Shown in pieces: positions 19,240-29,885 of a stretch of 64,000 nucleotides of DNA. Source of the DNA: an uncultured Thermoplasmata archaeon (GTDB taxonomy: Archaea; Thermoplasmatota; Thermoplasmata; Lutacidiplasmatales; UBA184); the NCBI GenBank assembly GCA_963771555.1, contig CAVYTM010000001.1:332859-396858 (forward strand), written 5' to 3'. A program made the translations under genes and the position numbers. A model generated the notes under the pieces. That model was not told the origin of the DNA and did not search any database. It saw only the letters and a list, made by a program, of their open reading frames with translations. Position 1 is the stretch's first letter, and every line of letters begins with the position of its first letter.

Positions 19240-20013
19240 GTGTCCGAGCACAATCGTGCGCCCAAGGACAAATCCGGCCGCCGAGCAACGCGCGAAAGCC
19301 CCCGTGTCGCCGCGACGCGGTTTCGGGAATTACAACTCGCGGAGGACGACGTCTCCGGCCAGCGCCTGCTCCTAGCGACGCTTCGGATCCGCATCCCGAA
19401 GGGGCTGTGGACGGGACTCTTTTCGAGCGGCAACCCGAACGTTCGCATGGAGGTCCTGAACCGCGCCGACGTGAGCAAGGATGTTTCGGTGTCGGATTAC
19501 TGGATCAGCGGTCAGCCCCCGGGAGTGTGGGCCCGGGAGATCGCCCGATATCCGGACGTCATCAAGGTCGATAGCCTCGCTGAGGTCGGCGAAGGATGTC
19601 TCTATCGAATCACCTATCGCAATCCGCCGATCATCTACTTCTACCGCAAACTCGGGATGCCGATCCAGCTGCCGATCCACATCCAAGGCGGTCTCATTCA
19701 CTGGGAGGTCGCGGCCCGCCATATGCAATTCCAAGAGGTTCTCGATCACGTTCGCAAGGTCGATCCCGGTTTTCAGGTCGTGTCCCTCCGACGACGACCG
19801 CTACGAAACCACCTTCCGATGCTCACCGACTCCCAGCATAACCTCCTGACCCAGGCGATGGCAGCGGGTTACTTCGCGGTCCCCCGCGCGATCACGCTCA
19901 CGGATCTCGCTAAGCGGCTCGACCGAAGCAAGTCCGGAATCTCGGAGGCGATCGCGATCATCGAGAGGAAATTGCTCGAGAGCGCGATGCGGCCTACGCC
20001 GCTTACGGCGTAG
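19240..20013 (+). CDS. HTH_10 (bacterio-opsin activator-type) transcriptional regulator
   Basis: The C-terminal HTH reads LTDSQHNLLTQAMAAGYFAVPRAITLTDLAKRLDRSKSGISEAIAIIERKLLE. The true start is uncertain and may lie downstream of 19240. Confidence 0.65.
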   Translation: MSEHNRAPKDKSGRRATRESPRVAATRFRELQLAEDDVSGQRLLLATLRIRIPKGLWTGLFSSGNPNVRMEVLNRADVSKDVSVSDYWISGQPPGVWAREIARYPDVIKVDSLAEVGEGCLYRITYRNPPIIYFYRKLGMPIQLPIHIQGGLIHWEVAARHMQFQEVLDHVRKVDPGFQVVSLRRRPLRNHLPMLTDSQHNLLTQAMAAGYFAVPRAITLTDLAKRLDRSKSGISEAIAIIERKLLESAMRPTPLTA

Positions 20014-20044
20014 AGGCTGGACCAGCCACCCCTTCGGTTGCGGT

Positions 20045-21823
20045 CTACGAAGCGCCCGCGCCGACCTTCGACGGGTCGGGCGGCGCCGCGCGAGCGGCCA
20101 CCCAGGCCTTCACGCGCGACTCGAGCATCCCCAGAGGAATGGCACCTTCCGCGAGAACGCAATCGTGGAACCCCCGCACATCGAACCGCTGGCCGAGCGC
20201 CCGCTCGGCCTCGGTCCGAAGCTGGCGGATCTTGAGCTGCCCGACCTTGTAGGCGAGCGCCTGGCCCGGCCAGACGATGTAGCGGTCGACCTCCACCGCG
20301 ATGTCGTTGTCGGCTTTGCCGGCATTCTCGCGAAAGAAGCGGATGGCGTCGTCCCGAGTCCAACCGAGGGCGTGGATACCCGTGTCCACCACCAGACGGA
20401 TCGAGCGCCACAGATCGTACGTGAACTTGCCCATCATCGAATACGGGTCCTGATAGAGACCGAACTCCTCGCCCAGGCTCTCGGCGTACAATCCCCAGCC
20501 TTCGACGAACGCCGTTGGTCCGGTGAACTTCCGGAAATCGGGGAGGTCGTCAAGCTCCTGGGCGAGCGCGATCTGGAGGTGGTGGCCCGGGACCGCTTCG
20601 TGGAGGGTGAGGGCTTCCATCTCCCACCGGGGGCGGGAGTGAATCTCGAAGGTGTTGGCGAAGAACATGCCGGGACGGCCGGTCGCCGGTGCGCCGGGCA
20701 TGTAGTACGCCGTGGTCGAGCTCTTGGCACGGAACGCGGGAACCGGCTGCACTCCGTACGGGAGACGCGGAAGCCGGCCGAACCGGCGAGCCAGGCCGGG
20801 GTCGATCTTCTTCGCGATGATGCGGTAGCCGTCGACGAGCGATTCCGCATCCGAGTAGAAGAATCGGTCGTCGGTGCGCAGGAACTGAAGGAATTCGGGA
20901 TACGTCCCCGAGAATCCAGTGTGGTGCATCAGCTCCTCCATGGCCGACCGGAGTCGCCGGACCTCGCCGAGCCCGATCTCATGGATCTCCCTCGGAGTGA
21001 GCTCTGTCGTGGTCTCGGTGCGAACGAGGTAGGTGTACAGGGCCGCACCGTTCGGGAGCGACGACACTCCCGCGGAATCCCGACAGGCGGGTAGATAGGT
21101 CGCGACCAGGTAGTCGTGGAGGCGATGGAAGGCCGGTGCCACCCGATCCTGGTAGACCTTGACTGCGGCCGCGACGAGCCGTTCGCGGTCAACGGCCGAA
21201 AAGTGGGCTGGGAACTCACTGAAGGCCCTCAAGAGAGGGCTCGTCATCGGGTCGCTCGGGATCAATCCCCGTACCTGGTCCGGCGCGCCGCGTGCCGCGA
21301 CGCGGTGGGGGACGTAGCCCTTCGCGCGGCCGGCTTCAAGCAACGCGAGGTTCTGTTCGACGGCGCGGGGGAGCGCTTCCAGGCGGGAGAGGATATCGTC
21401 GTAGTCGGAGAGACGCTCGCGCGGTTGGATCTCGAGGATATCGGCGGCCGTGAGGTGAACCCCTTCCATCTGGTTCAGGGGAGTGAGGAGATTGTGGGGT
21501 TCGCCGAGCTGGAAGGGCAACGGGTCGAGTCCGAACGGCAGGCCCCGCTCGGCCGTTTCCAGGAGTTCCCGGTAGAGGTCGTAACTCGTCCGCTCGGAAG
21601 GAGGCAGACCGTCGGGGTCCAGTCGCTTCAGGGAGGCCAGGCTCGCCGCGAGGTGCCGCTTACGGCGGTCGATCCCCTCGGGAGAGTCGTCGGTCCACCG
21701 ACCGTTCAGTCCCGGGGACCCGAAGCTGGTCGCGAGCTCCGGATACTCCGTAAGCCACTGCCGCCAATCGTCCGCTAGGAAGGCCCGGAACGCGTTCGTG
21801 GCCGGAGTTGGCGAGGATGCCAT
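20045..21823 (-). CDS. DUF885 family protein (metallopeptidase-like)
   Basis: ALTLHEAVPGHHLQIALAQE and the overall length fit DUF885. I chose the start at MASSPT (21823) within track ORF 20045..21979. Confidence 0.8.
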   Translation of the reverse strand: MASSPTPATNAFRAFLADDWRQWLTEYPELATSFGSPGLNGRWTDDSPEGIDRRKRHLAASLASLKRLDPDGLPPSERTSYDLYRELLETAERGLPFGLDPLPFQLGEPHNLLTPLNQMEGVHLTAADILEIQPRERLSDYDDILSRLEALPRAVEQNLALLEAGRAKGYVPHRVAARGAPDQVRGLIPSDPMTSPLLRAFSEFPAHFSAVDRERLVAAAVKVYQDRVAPAFHRLHDYLVATYLPACRDSAGVSSLPNGAALYTYLVRTETTTELTPREIHEIGLGEVRRLRSAMEELMHHTGFSGTYPEFLQFLRTDDRFFYSDAESLVDGYRIIAKKIDPGLARRFGRLPRLPYGVQPVPAFRAKSSTTAYYMPGAPATGRPGMFFANTFEIHSRPRWEMEALTLHEAVPGHHLQIALAQELDDLPDFRKFTGPTAFVEGWGLYAESLGEEFGLYQDPYSMMGKFTYDLWRSIRLVVDTGIHALGWTRDDAIRFFRENAGKADNDIAVEVDRYIVWPGQALAYKVGQLKIRQLRTEAERALGQRFDVRGFHDCVLAEGAIPLGMLESRVKAWVAARAAPPDPSKVGAGAS

Positions 21824-22034
21824 GGATTCTCTGCTGCCACGGGGGACCGAGGAGCGGGGGCCGCAGGAGACTCCCGTATTTGAATCGGCGCGGGGCTGTC
21901 GACCCCGCCCCGACCGGGACGAATCCTTGACCCGGGATTCCGAGCCCGTGACGCTCCGAACTCGTTTCCGCCCTGCCACGCGTTCGGAATCCGGACCTTG
22001 GGGGAAGGTCTCGGGGGCACCGGGGCGGGCGGAC

Positions 22035-22712
22035 CTAGTGAACGGAAGCGGCCCCCGGAGGGCGGACCTCGGGCGCGACCACCCGCCGCTGGAACTCGCG
22101 GGCGAGGCTCCCGACCTCCCGGGCGAGCTTCAGCGGTCCGTCGACGACGGAGGGGACTCGGACGTCCGAATGGATCTGGGACCTCACCCGAGCGGCCCAC
22201 AGAACGACCGAAATACCCTGGGCGCCGGAGCCCGAGGCGGGCTCTGACCTCGTCACCGTGACCATGACGAGTTCGCTATCGTAGGTTCCACCGTACACTA
22301 GCCAGAAGATCCCCGAGGTCGCGGCAGCGCCGAGAACCCAGAAGATCCCGACGAGAGGAGAACCGACGATGTAGGCGTCCAGGCCCCCCAGGATGGACCC
22401 CGCGACGAACACCGCGACAATGGGGAATACCGCCGTCGAAGACGTGACCCCTCGTCGGCGTAACCCCCGTTCTCCGATCCAGACTCGCGAGTCCGCGAGG
22501 AGCGGAATGCCGGGAATGCCGCTGGAGCCGGACCGGGAATCGAGTTCGAATCCTGCCCCCTGGAGGACAGCACGAGCCGTGTCCTCGGCGCGCGACGCGA
22601 GCTCGGGAGCAATCGGGAATTCCTGTCGGAAGGGAAAACCCAAACCCGAGCTGAGGTCGAGCGGCGGGGCAATCCCACGCCGTTTCCGTCGGGATCGCAC
22701 GGCCATCGACAA
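22035..22712 (-). CDS. Hypothetical membrane protein (2-3 TM)
   Basis: The hydrophobic core reads AVFPIVAVFVAGSILGGL / LVGIFWVLGAAATSGIFWLVY. I recognise no motif. Confidence 0.4.
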   Translation of the reverse strand: MSMAVRSRRKRRGIAPPLDLSSGLGFPFRQEFPIAPELASRAEDTARAVLQGAGFELDSRSGSSGIPGIPLLADSRVWIGERGLRRRGVTSSTAVFPIVAVFVAGSILGGLDAYIVGSPLVGIFWVLGAAATSGIFWLVYGGTYDSELVMVTVTRSEPASGSGAQGISVVLWAARVRSQIHSDVRVPSVVDGPLKLAREVGSLAREFQRRVVAPEVRPPGAASVH

Positions 22713-22867
22713 GTCTCGAGGAACGCCCCCTCCTCCTAAACAGTGGACCCCTCTTATGCCTGGACCCCCGAGATTTCACCCCCTCCGCGTCGGGAACCGA
22801 GGTCGATAGGAGGTCGCCCCGAGCCGGACCTCCAAACCTTTGTTAAGCGTCGGTCCTACCCTCGACC

Positions 22868-24706
22868 ATGCCCCCGAACTCACCGGCCCCGTACGAACGG
22901 TACGCTCAGCATTGGAGCTACGGCGACCTCGCATGGCTTCGGCCGGGCGAATTGGTCTTCACCGCGAACATCACGGGGCAGTTCAACCTCTGGCGGCAGA
23001 CCGTCGGTTCGAAGGGCGAGCGCGGCTTTGTTGAACCTCTGACCGCGTACACCGACCGTTCCGTCCGAGCCATCGTGCCGACCCCCGACGGACGGTCCAT
23101 CTTCTTCATGGCGGACCAGGACGGGGACGAGCAGATGCAGATCCTTCGGATCGCCGCCGGGGGCGGGGAGCCGGTCGCCATCACCAACGACCGAAAGGTG
23201 CGACACGAACTCACGGCGGGAGGCATTGACCCGGCGGCTCGCCGACTCCTCTTCGTGGATAATGGGCGGGACCCTGCCGACATGGATGTGGTGCTTCTCG
23301 AGCTCGCCCGGGGCACCACCGCGCGCCCCCTCCCGAAGGGGGCCTTGTGGGGGGGACCCACCTGGGACGCCAGTGGTCGTCGATTTTCAGCACTGAAGTC
23401 TCACAGCAACACCCGAATCCAGACCTTCGTCCACGACCTCGCGAAGAAGACCACCGTGGAGATCGTGCCCCATGACACCGAGGAGTGGGCCGTGGCGGAA
23501 GCCTGGACGAAGGACGGCCGCAGCCTCCTCATGCGCACGAACATCGACCGGGAGTTCAAGCAGCTCGAGCTGGTCGACGTCGCAACCGGACGCAGGAAGG
23601 TACTCGCGGCGCCCGATGCGGACGTCGAAGACGTCCGGTATTTGGCCCGCACCTCGTCGCTCGTCTACAGCGTGAACGAGGATGGGTATTCGAAGATCTA
23701 TGCCGGCCGGCTCGGCAGCCCCTTCCGCCGGATCGCGTCGTTGCCCACCGGATCGCTCTTCTCGAACTGGGGGAGCTCTCTCGTGGTCTCGCCGGACGGT
23801 CGGGCCGCCGCGGCGATGTGGGAGAGTGGGTCGCGGCCGAACGAGATCGTTCGGTTCCCTCTCGGCGCGGGTCGCTCGACCCAGCTCACCGAAAGCATGG
23901 TGGGGGGTGTCCCCGGCGGGCCCCTCCCGGGGCCGAAGCTCGTCCGGTTCCGTTCCTTCGACGGACGGCAGATCCCCGCGCTCTACTACGTTCCGAAGCG
24001 ACGGCCTCAACGACCCATGCCCGCGGTGCTCTCCATCCACGGAGGTCCCGAGTATCAAGAGCGGCCAGGGTGGATGTACGGGGGCCTCTACGCGTGGCTG
24101 AACGCGCACGGGATCGCCGTGCTCGCGCCCAACATCCGGGGATCCACGGGGTACGGGACGTCGTACCAGAAGCTGATCCACCACGATTGGGGCGGCGCGG
24201 AACTGAAGGACCTGAAAGCCGCGGCCGATTGGATGTGTGCCCGTCCCGAGATCGACCCGGCACGTCTGGGGGTCTTCGGGGGGAGCTTTGGAGGGTTCGC
24301 GACGCTCAGCTGCGTGACCCGCCTTCCCGAGTACTGGAAGGTCGGGGTCGACCTCGTCGGTCCATCGAACCTGGTCACGTTCGTGAAGACCGTCCCACCG
24401 TTCTGGGTTCGGTTCATGGCCCAGTGGGTGGGAGATCCCGAGACGGAAGCCGACTTCCTTCGGGATCGGTCCCCGATCACCTACATCGACAACGTCCGCG
24501 CGGACCTGCTTGTCGTCCAGGGCGCCAATGACCCGCGCGTGAACAAGGCCGAATCCGACCAGATGGTCGAGCGCCTTCGGGCCAAGGGACGCAAGGTAGA
24601 GTACATGGTGTTCGAGGACGAAGGTCACGGGTTCACTAAGCGTGTGAACCAGCTCCGAGCGATGGGGGCATGCGGTCGGTTCTTGGTCGACCACCTACGC
24701 AACTGA
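22868..24706 (+). CDS. S9 family serine peptidase (acylaminoacyl-peptidase / prolyl oligopeptidase type) with an N-terminal beta-propeller
   Basis: [12 protein letters not shown], the nucleophile elbow [10 protein letters not shown] and the downstream QGANDPRV are present. Confidence 0.85.
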   Translation: MPPNSPAPYERYAQHWSYGDLAWLRPGELVFTANITGQFNLWRQTVGSKGERGFVEPLTAYTDRSVRAIVPTPDGRSIFFMADQDGDEQMQILRIAAGGGEPVAITNDRKVRHELTAGGIDPAARRLLFVDNGRDPADMDVVLLELARGTTARPLPKGALWGGPTWDASGRRFSALKSHSNTRIQTFVHDLAKKTTVEIVPHDTEEWAVAEAWTKDGRSLLMRTNIDREFKQLELVDVATGRRKVLAAPDADVEDVRYLARTSSLVYSVNEDGYSKIYAGRLGSPFRRIASLPTGSLFSNWGSSLVVSPDGRAAAAMWESGSRPNEIVRFPLGAGRSTQLTESMVGGVPGGPLPGPKLVRFRSFDGRQIPALYYVPKRRPQRPMPAVLSIHGGPEYQERPGWMYGGLYAWLNAHGIAVLAPNIRGSTGYGTSYQKLIHHDWGGAELKDLKAAADWMCARPEIDPARLGVFGGSFGGFATLSCVTRLPEYWKVGVDLVGPSNLVTFVKTVPPFWVRFMAQWVGDPETEADFLRDRSPITYIDNVRADLLVVQGANDPRVNKAESDQMVERLRAKGRKVEYMVFEDEGHGFTKRVNQLRAMGACGRFLVDHLRN

Positions 24707-26178
24707 CGACGGGTACGCACGGGGCGTTCGCGGTCGCGTCGGCTCACCCCCTGAGCACCGCCGCGGGCCTCGAGATCCTGCGCGCGGGCGGGAATGCCTT
24801 CGATGCCGCCCTCGCCGTCAGCGCGGCGCTTCCCGTGGTACAGCCGCACATGAACGGCCTCGGCTCCGACCTCTTCGCGGTGGTCCGCGATGGAAGATCG
24901 GTCGCCGTGAATTCGAGCGGACCGGCCGCCCGGCGTGCCACCGTTGAGCATTTCCGTCGCCTTCGCAAGGACCGGATTCCGAGTCGTGGGCCGCTCGCGG
25001 CGCTCACGGTGCCCGGACTCGTAGCCGCATGGCCATTCTTTGGCGACCGCTCGCATCTGAGGTGGAAAGAAGTCCTCGCGCCGGCGATCCGCCTGGCCGG
25101 GCAAGGGTTCCCCGCGAGCCCGAGCTTCGCGCGCGCAGCCCGATCGACCGCTTGGGCCGACCCCGACTTCCGATTGATCTATCGGTCCGTTCGAGCCGGT
25201 GGACTTTTTCGGCAACCCGCTATGGCGAGAACCCTATCGAAGATAGCGGCGGACGAAGGACACGGCTTCTACCATGGCGCCCTGGCCCGCGAGATCTGTC
25301 ATGACCTTTCCGCGAAGGGGGGATTACTCGAGCGGGCCGACCTCGACACCTTTCGGACCACCGTCCAGCGACCGTTGCGGATCCGATATCGCGGCTATTG
25401 GGTGGAGACGAATCCTCCTCCCAGTCAGGGAGCTACGGCGCTCATCTGGCTCAATCTCCTCGCCCGCAAGGAGCTCTCTGTGATGTCGGAGCAGGAGTTC
25501 GTTCGCACGCTCGGTCGGACGATGTACATTGCGTACGGCTACCGCGCGAAGGTCATCGGAGACCCCGAATACCTACCGTTCCCCACGCGGCTCCTCCGAC
25601 CGTCCACCGTCTACCGGTCGCGATCTCGTGGCGTGCCGGGAGCTCCCGGGATGTCCGACACGACCGCGTTCAGCGTCTACGATGGCGACGTGGGCATCAG
25701 TGCCATCCAGAGCAACTACATGGGATTCGGTTCGGGGATATCGATCCGAGCCACCGGGATCAATCTCAACAACCGGGGTTCGTACTTCACGCTCCAACCC
25801 GGCCATCCGAACGTTCTGGCACCGGGCAAGCGTACTTTCCATACCCTGATGGCGACGGTGGCGTCCGGACCGCGGACTGTGCTCCTCGGGTCGATGGGTG
25901 GGGACGTCCAGCCCCAGGTCAACGTGCAGGTACTTACTCGCCATCTCGACCGTGGACTTTCCCTGGCGGATGCGATCGCGGCCCCCCGCTTCGCGTATCC
26001 CGCCACTATCTACGGGTCCGCCCCCTTGTTCCGGGAGCGTGGCCTCCGGCTGGCTCGGGCTCGCCTCCTTCGCAACCAACCCGAGACCTTCGGACACGCT
26101 CAGGGCATCTCCGTTGGCGAGGAGGTCGAGGTCGGCATCGACCCACGGGGTGACGGCCTTCTCCCTCTGCCTTCTTAG
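24670..26178 (+). CDS. ggt: Gamma-glutamyltranspeptidase family protein
   Basis: AVASAHPLSTAAGLEILRAGGNAFDAALAV and the autoprocessing region SDTTAFSVYD are present. The gene overlaps the S9 peptidase stop by 37 nt. Confidence 0.85.
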   Translation: MRSVLGRPPTQLTTGTHGAFAVASAHPLSTAAGLEILRAGGNAFDAALAVSAALPVVQPHMNGLGSDLFAVVRDGRSVAVNSSGPAARRATVEHFRRLRKDRIPSRGPLAALTVPGLVAAWPFFGDRSHLRWKEVLAPAIRLAGQGFPASPSFARAARSTAWADPDFRLIYRSVRAGGLFRQPAMARTLSKIAADEGHGFYHGALAREICHDLSAKGGLLERADLDTFRTTVQRPLRIRYRGYWVETNPPPSQGATALIWLNLLARKELSVMSEQEFVRTLGRTMYIAYGYRAKVIGDPEYLPFPTRLLRPSTVYRSRSRGVPGAPGMSDTTAFSVYDGDVGISAIQSNYMGFGSGISIRATGINLNNRGSYFTLQPGHPNVLAPGKRTFHTLMATVASGPRTVLLGSMGGDVQPQVNVQVLTRHLDRGLSLADAIAAPRFAYPATIYGSAPLFRERGLRLARARLLRNQPETFGHAQGISVGEEVEVGIDPRGDGLLPLPS

Positions 26179-26261
26179 GCACGAGCGCTTTACCGTACTT
26201 CGGTTCCCAGACTGCGGCCGTCGCTCGGAGACGGCCGAGAAGGGGTGAAATTCCATCATCG

Positions 26262-26489
26262 ATGCCGTACGTTGAGTACGACGAGGTCGAGGCGGTCTGC
26301 CGGGACTGCGGACGAGCCTTTCGCTCCGAGGACTCCCTCGAAGAGCACCGCAAGGAGGCTCACGCATCGGCCGGTAAAGCCCCGGAAGAGTCCAGTCGCC
26401 CGCGGATGCTGAAATGTTCGCTCTGCCGGCAACAATTCCGAACCACGGCCGCGTTGCAAGAACACACCCGAAAGGCGCACTCGAGCTAG
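26262..26489 (+). CDS. Small protein with two C2H2 zinc fingers
   Basis: CRDCGRAFRSEDSLEEHRKEAH and CSLCRQQFRTTAALQEHTRKAH both fit C-x2-C-x12-H-x4-H. Confidence 0.65.
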   Translation: MPYVEYDEVEAVCRDCGRAFRSEDSLEEHRKEAHASAGKAPEESSRPRMLKCSLCRQQFRTTAALQEHTRKAHSS

Positions 26490-26571
26490 ACCACCCGCCC
26501 AGCTTCCGAATCCGGGAGCCAGCGAAGGAGTTGTTGGGCCGCCGGGTTAGGGGGTTATGTAGGGGCGCACC

Positions 26572-27144
26572 GTGCCCCCGATGGACTCTCCCATGGCGCC
26601 ATCGAGGAAGCACCGGAAACCGCGATCGAAGCGACCCGCACCGGTCTCGCCCATCCCACCGGGATATCGCACGGTGACGGCGTACCTCACGGTCGACGGG
26701 GGCCTCGCCGCCCTCGAATTCTATAAGCACGCGTTCGGGGCCCGCGAGCTAATGCGGCGGGTCACGCCGGACGGGAAGCTGATCCATGGCCAGCTTCGGA
26801 TCGGGGACTCCATCGTGCTTCTCTCCGACCGGTTCCCGGATTCGACCACGGCGGCTCCTTCCGCGATCGGAACCACGACGGTCAGCCTCCACCTCTACTC
26901 GAAGAACGTGGACGCCCTATGGGACCGGGCCGTGGCGGCGGGGGCGAAGGTCTCGATGCCGCTCGAGAACCAGTTCTGGGGCGAACGATACGGGCGCCTG
27001 ATCGACCCGTTCGGCCATCACTGGTCGCTCGCGATGCGGGTCCGGATGTCGCGGGCGGAGATGGCCGCGAAGCAACGGGAGGCGGAGGCGTCCTTCGCCC
27101 GGGGGGAGCATCCCAGCCGGGACTCTCCGTACGGCGACGCGTAG
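26572..27144 (+). CDS. VOC/glyoxalase superfamily protein (PhnB-like)
   Basis: YLTVDGGLAALEFYKHAFGA...HGQLRIGDSIVLLSD...FWGERYGRLIDPFGHHWSL fits the family. The start may be GTG 26572 or ATG 26581. Confidence 0.7.
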   Translation: MPPMDSPMAPSRKHRKPRSKRPAPVSPIPPGYRTVTAYLTVDGGLAALEFYKHAFGARELMRRVTPDGKLIHGQLRIGDSIVLLSDRFPDSTTAAPSAIGTTTVSLHLYSKNVDALWDRAVAAGAKVSMPLENQFWGERYGRLIDPFGHHWSLAMRVRMSRAEMAAKQREAEASFARGEHPSRDSPYGDA

Positions 27145-27177
27145 GTTTTTGACGAGGACGGTCCGGGATTCCGGTCG

Positions 27178-27717
27178 ATGATCGATTGGTTCAACATCGC
27201 GGTCTGGTCCCTCGTGGGGACCTGGGTGCTCGTGGTGGGTACCCTTCTCGCCATGTATTGGCAATCCCTCCAGGCACAGAAACTGAATTCCGCGAACGCC
27301 GTGATGAACCTGCGGGAGCGGTTCGACAGCCCGCGGATGCGGGCCTCTCGGCGCCACCTGAGCGAGCGACTTCTCAAGCAAGCGCATCAGGACATCTCGA
27401 ATCTCGAGGTGATCACCTTCTTCGAGCTCGTCGGGACCCTCACGCACCGCAAGGTGCTCGAAGACGACCTGGTCTGGGAGGCGTTCGGGGGATGGATCAG
27501 CGCGTACTACTGGGCGCTTCGGAACCCGGTCGACATGGTCGGCTCCCTCCGGACGACGATGAAGGACCCGCTGATCTTCCACGAGTTCGAGTGGCTCCAC
27601 AACCGGGTGATCACGATCGACCGCCACCGACTCGGGCCGGCCGCGGACGCGGGTCCCCCCGCGGCCGAGGATGCGGCCCGCTTCATGGAACGAGAGTCGA
27701 AGCTCGAGTCGATTTGA
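27178..27717 (+). CDS. Hypothetical protein with an N-terminal TM helix
   Basis: The TM helix reads IAVWSLVGTWVLVVGTLLAMYW, and the remainder is helical. It possibly belongs to a DUF4760-like family, with low certainty. Confidence 0.45.
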   Translation: MIDWFNIAVWSLVGTWVLVVGTLLAMYWQSLQAQKLNSANAVMNLRERFDSPRMRASRRHLSERLLKQAHQDISNLEVITFFELVGTLTHRKVLEDDLVWEAFGGWISAYYWALRNPVDMVGSLRTTMKDPLIFHEFEWLHNRVITIDRHRLGPAADAGPPAAEDAARFMERESKLESI

Positions 27718-27809
27718 ACGCCCGCCGGGACTTCTCGCCGAGTTCGGTCAAGCCCGTTCGACCACGAGATTAATCGGAGTTCGACCCGTTCCCCTTCGGG
27801 AGGGCGATC

Positions 27810-28490
27810 ATGCCGCATTCGGAGACCCTGCTGGAGCCCCTGCGCGACCGCAAGACGGCCGGAGAACGCCTGGGCGAGCGGCTGCTCCACTACCGCGACC
27901 AGGAACCCGTCGTGCTCGCCCTGCCGCGGGGCGGTGTCCCGGTGGCATTCGAGATCGCGCAACGCCTGGGAGCGCCGCTCGACGTACTGATCGTCCGAAA
28001 GGTCGGAGCCCCTTCGAACCCAGAGTACGGGCTCGGTGCGGTCGTGGAGGGGGGCTCGCGCTTCCTGGACGAGCCGCGGGTCCGAGCGGCCGGTTACACC
28101 GTCCGGGACCTCTCCCCCACGATCGCCCGTGAGCTTGCCGAGGTCGACCGCCGAGCCCTCGAGTATCGGGGCGGGAGCGCGCCCCTCGAGACTCGCCATC
28201 GAACGGTCATCCTCGTGGATGATGGAGTGGCCACGGGGGGGACGGTCCTTGCGGCGCTCCGTGCCGTCCGAGCCCGAGCACCCCGACGGATCGTGCTCGC
28301 GCTGGGCGTCGCGCCACCCGAAACGGTCGAGAGCCTGCGGCCGGAGGTCGATGACCTCGAGGTGCTCCTGGTCCCCCCGGTGTTCTTCGCCGTCGGAGAG
28401 TGGTACCACCAGTTCAGCCAGGTGAGTGACGAGGAGGTCCGGCGGCTCCTCGCCCGATCGCGACTCTCTCCGAAGGGGTCGGCGCGTTGA
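27810..28490 (+). CDS. Phosphoribosyltransferase family protein
   Basis: VLALPRGGVPVAFEIA and the PRPP-binding motif VILVDDGVATGGT are present. Confidence 0.8.
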   Translation: MPHSETLLEPLRDRKTAGERLGERLLHYRDQEPVVLALPRGGVPVAFEIAQRLGAPLDVLIVRKVGAPSNPEYGLGAVVEGGSRFLDEPRVRAAGYTVRDLSPTIARELAEVDRRALEYRGGSAPLETRHRTVILVDDGVATGGTVLAALRAVRARAPRRIVLALGVAPPETVESLRPEVDDLEVLLVPPVFFAVGEWYHQFSQVSDEEVRRLLARSRLSPKGSAR

Positions 28491-28500
28491 ACTCCCGCCC

Positions 28501-29106
28501 TCAGCGGACCGAGTCCGAAGTGTCGGGAGTCCGGCGGAGCTCAGCGAGCCACGCCTTCCCCGTAACTCCGGGGACCGTGACCTCGAAGTGGGAGGGTCGG
28601 ATCCAACGGACCGTCCAGCCGATGCGGAAGGTCGCCCGGATCTCGGCCTGGGTGACCCTCCGGGGTCCGCCCCAGTCGGTCAGCTCCTCTTCGCTGAAGC
28701 AGAGGAGAAAGAGGCGGCCGCCGGGGACCAACCGCTTCCTCACGTTGTCGGCGTAGAGCGGTCGATGCGCGTCGAGGAAGACGTGGAAGAGTCCGCTATC
28801 CACGGCCGTGTCGAAGGTCGCACCCAGGTGGTCGAGGTCGAGCGCGCTCGCCACGCGGAACGTCGTAGCGATCCCGCGCTCGCTCGCCTTGGCCTCGGCG
28901 CGGTGAATGGCGTTCGGAGAAATATCGATGCCCCACACCGGGTGTCCCCGGCGGGCGAGATAGAGCGTTGTCTCGCCCGTCCCGCAGCCCACGTCGACGA
29001 CTCGACCGACCATGGCACCCTCTTCCTCGAGCCGAACCATCTCGGGCTGCGGACGACCGATCTCCCAGAGAGGGGTGCCTTCGTAGGCACGGTCGAAGAA
29101 CTGCAT
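28501..29106 (-). CDS. Class I SAM-dependent methyltransferase
   Basis: Motif I is VVDVGCGTGETTLYLA, with acidic GIDIS following. Confidence 0.8.
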   Translation of the reverse strand: MQFFDRAYEGTPLWEIGRPQPEMVRLEEEGAMVGRVVDVGCGTGETTLYLARRGHPVWGIDISPNAIHRAEAKASERGIATTFRVASALDLDHLGATFDTAVDSGLFHVFLDAHRPLYADNVRKRLVPGGRLFLLCFSEEELTDWGGPRRVTQAEIRATFRIGWTVRWIRPSHFEVTVPGVTGKAWLAELRRTPDTSDSVR

Positions 29107-29288
29107 CCCGAGAGATAGGGCGTCTCACGGCCAAAAGCCCTCGGAAGGATGGGTCCGACCCGTCGGTCCGCGACCGAGATCCGTCCCTTCCTCCCGAGAC
29201 GAAGCGGCCGTTACCGGAGTCGGTCAACCGGTCTCGTCAGCTACGTTCGACGGAGCCGACAATACCCCTCCACCGAGTAGACCTCATC

Positions 29289-29849
29289 ATGTCCCCTCCC
29301 GCTGCGTCGACCCATAAGCACGTCACGACCCGCCCCCGAACCACCGGCGGTCCGCGAGCCGCGGTCCGAGAATCGTTCGTCTACAATGTCAGCGTCCGGG
29401 ACGTGATGAGCCGCCACCCGATCACGGTCGGACCCGATGCCACGCTGCTCGACGCCCTCGTCCTGATGCGGGGTCAGAAGGTCTCCGGTCTCCCCGTCGT
29501 GGAAGAGGATGGTCGTCTCGTTGGGGTCCTGAGCCAGCGCGACGTGGCTCGGACGTTGAAGACCACGCGTGGGATCCCCGAGGTCACCGGGCTCCTCGAC
29601 CTCCTGATGTTCGGCCTTTCGGACGATTCCGGGGTCAGCGTTCAGGTCTTGCGACGAATTCTCGATGAAACGAACGTTCGGGATGCCATGTCGAGCCCTC
29701 CGATCTCCCTTCTCTCCGACGCTCCGCTCGAACTCGCGGCCGAGCTGATGCGCGAGAACGACATCAACCGGATTCCGGTGCTCCGCGGGGACCGTCTCGT
29801 GGGGATCGTGACCCGACACGACCTCGTGCGAGCGCTCGTTCACCCGTGA
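29289..29849 (+). CDS. CBS domain pair protein
   Basis: Two CBS repeats are present (VRDVMSRHPITV...SGLPVVEEDGRLVGVLSQRDV and VRDAMSSPPISL...NRIPVLRGDRLVGIVTRHDL). I chose the start at ATG 29289 in track ORF 28968..29849. Confidence 0.8.
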   Translation: MSPPAASTHKHVTTRPRTTGGPRAAVRESFVYNVSVRDVMSRHPITVGPDATLLDALVLMRGQKVSGLPVVEEDGRLVGVLSQRDVARTLKTTRGIPEVTGLLDLLMFGLSDDSGVSVQVLRRILDETNVRDAMSSPPISLLSDAPLELAAELMRENDINRIPVLRGDRLVGIVTRHDLVRALVHP

Positions 29850-29885
29850 TAACCGGTCGGCCCTTGGTCGGCGTCGACCACGCCG

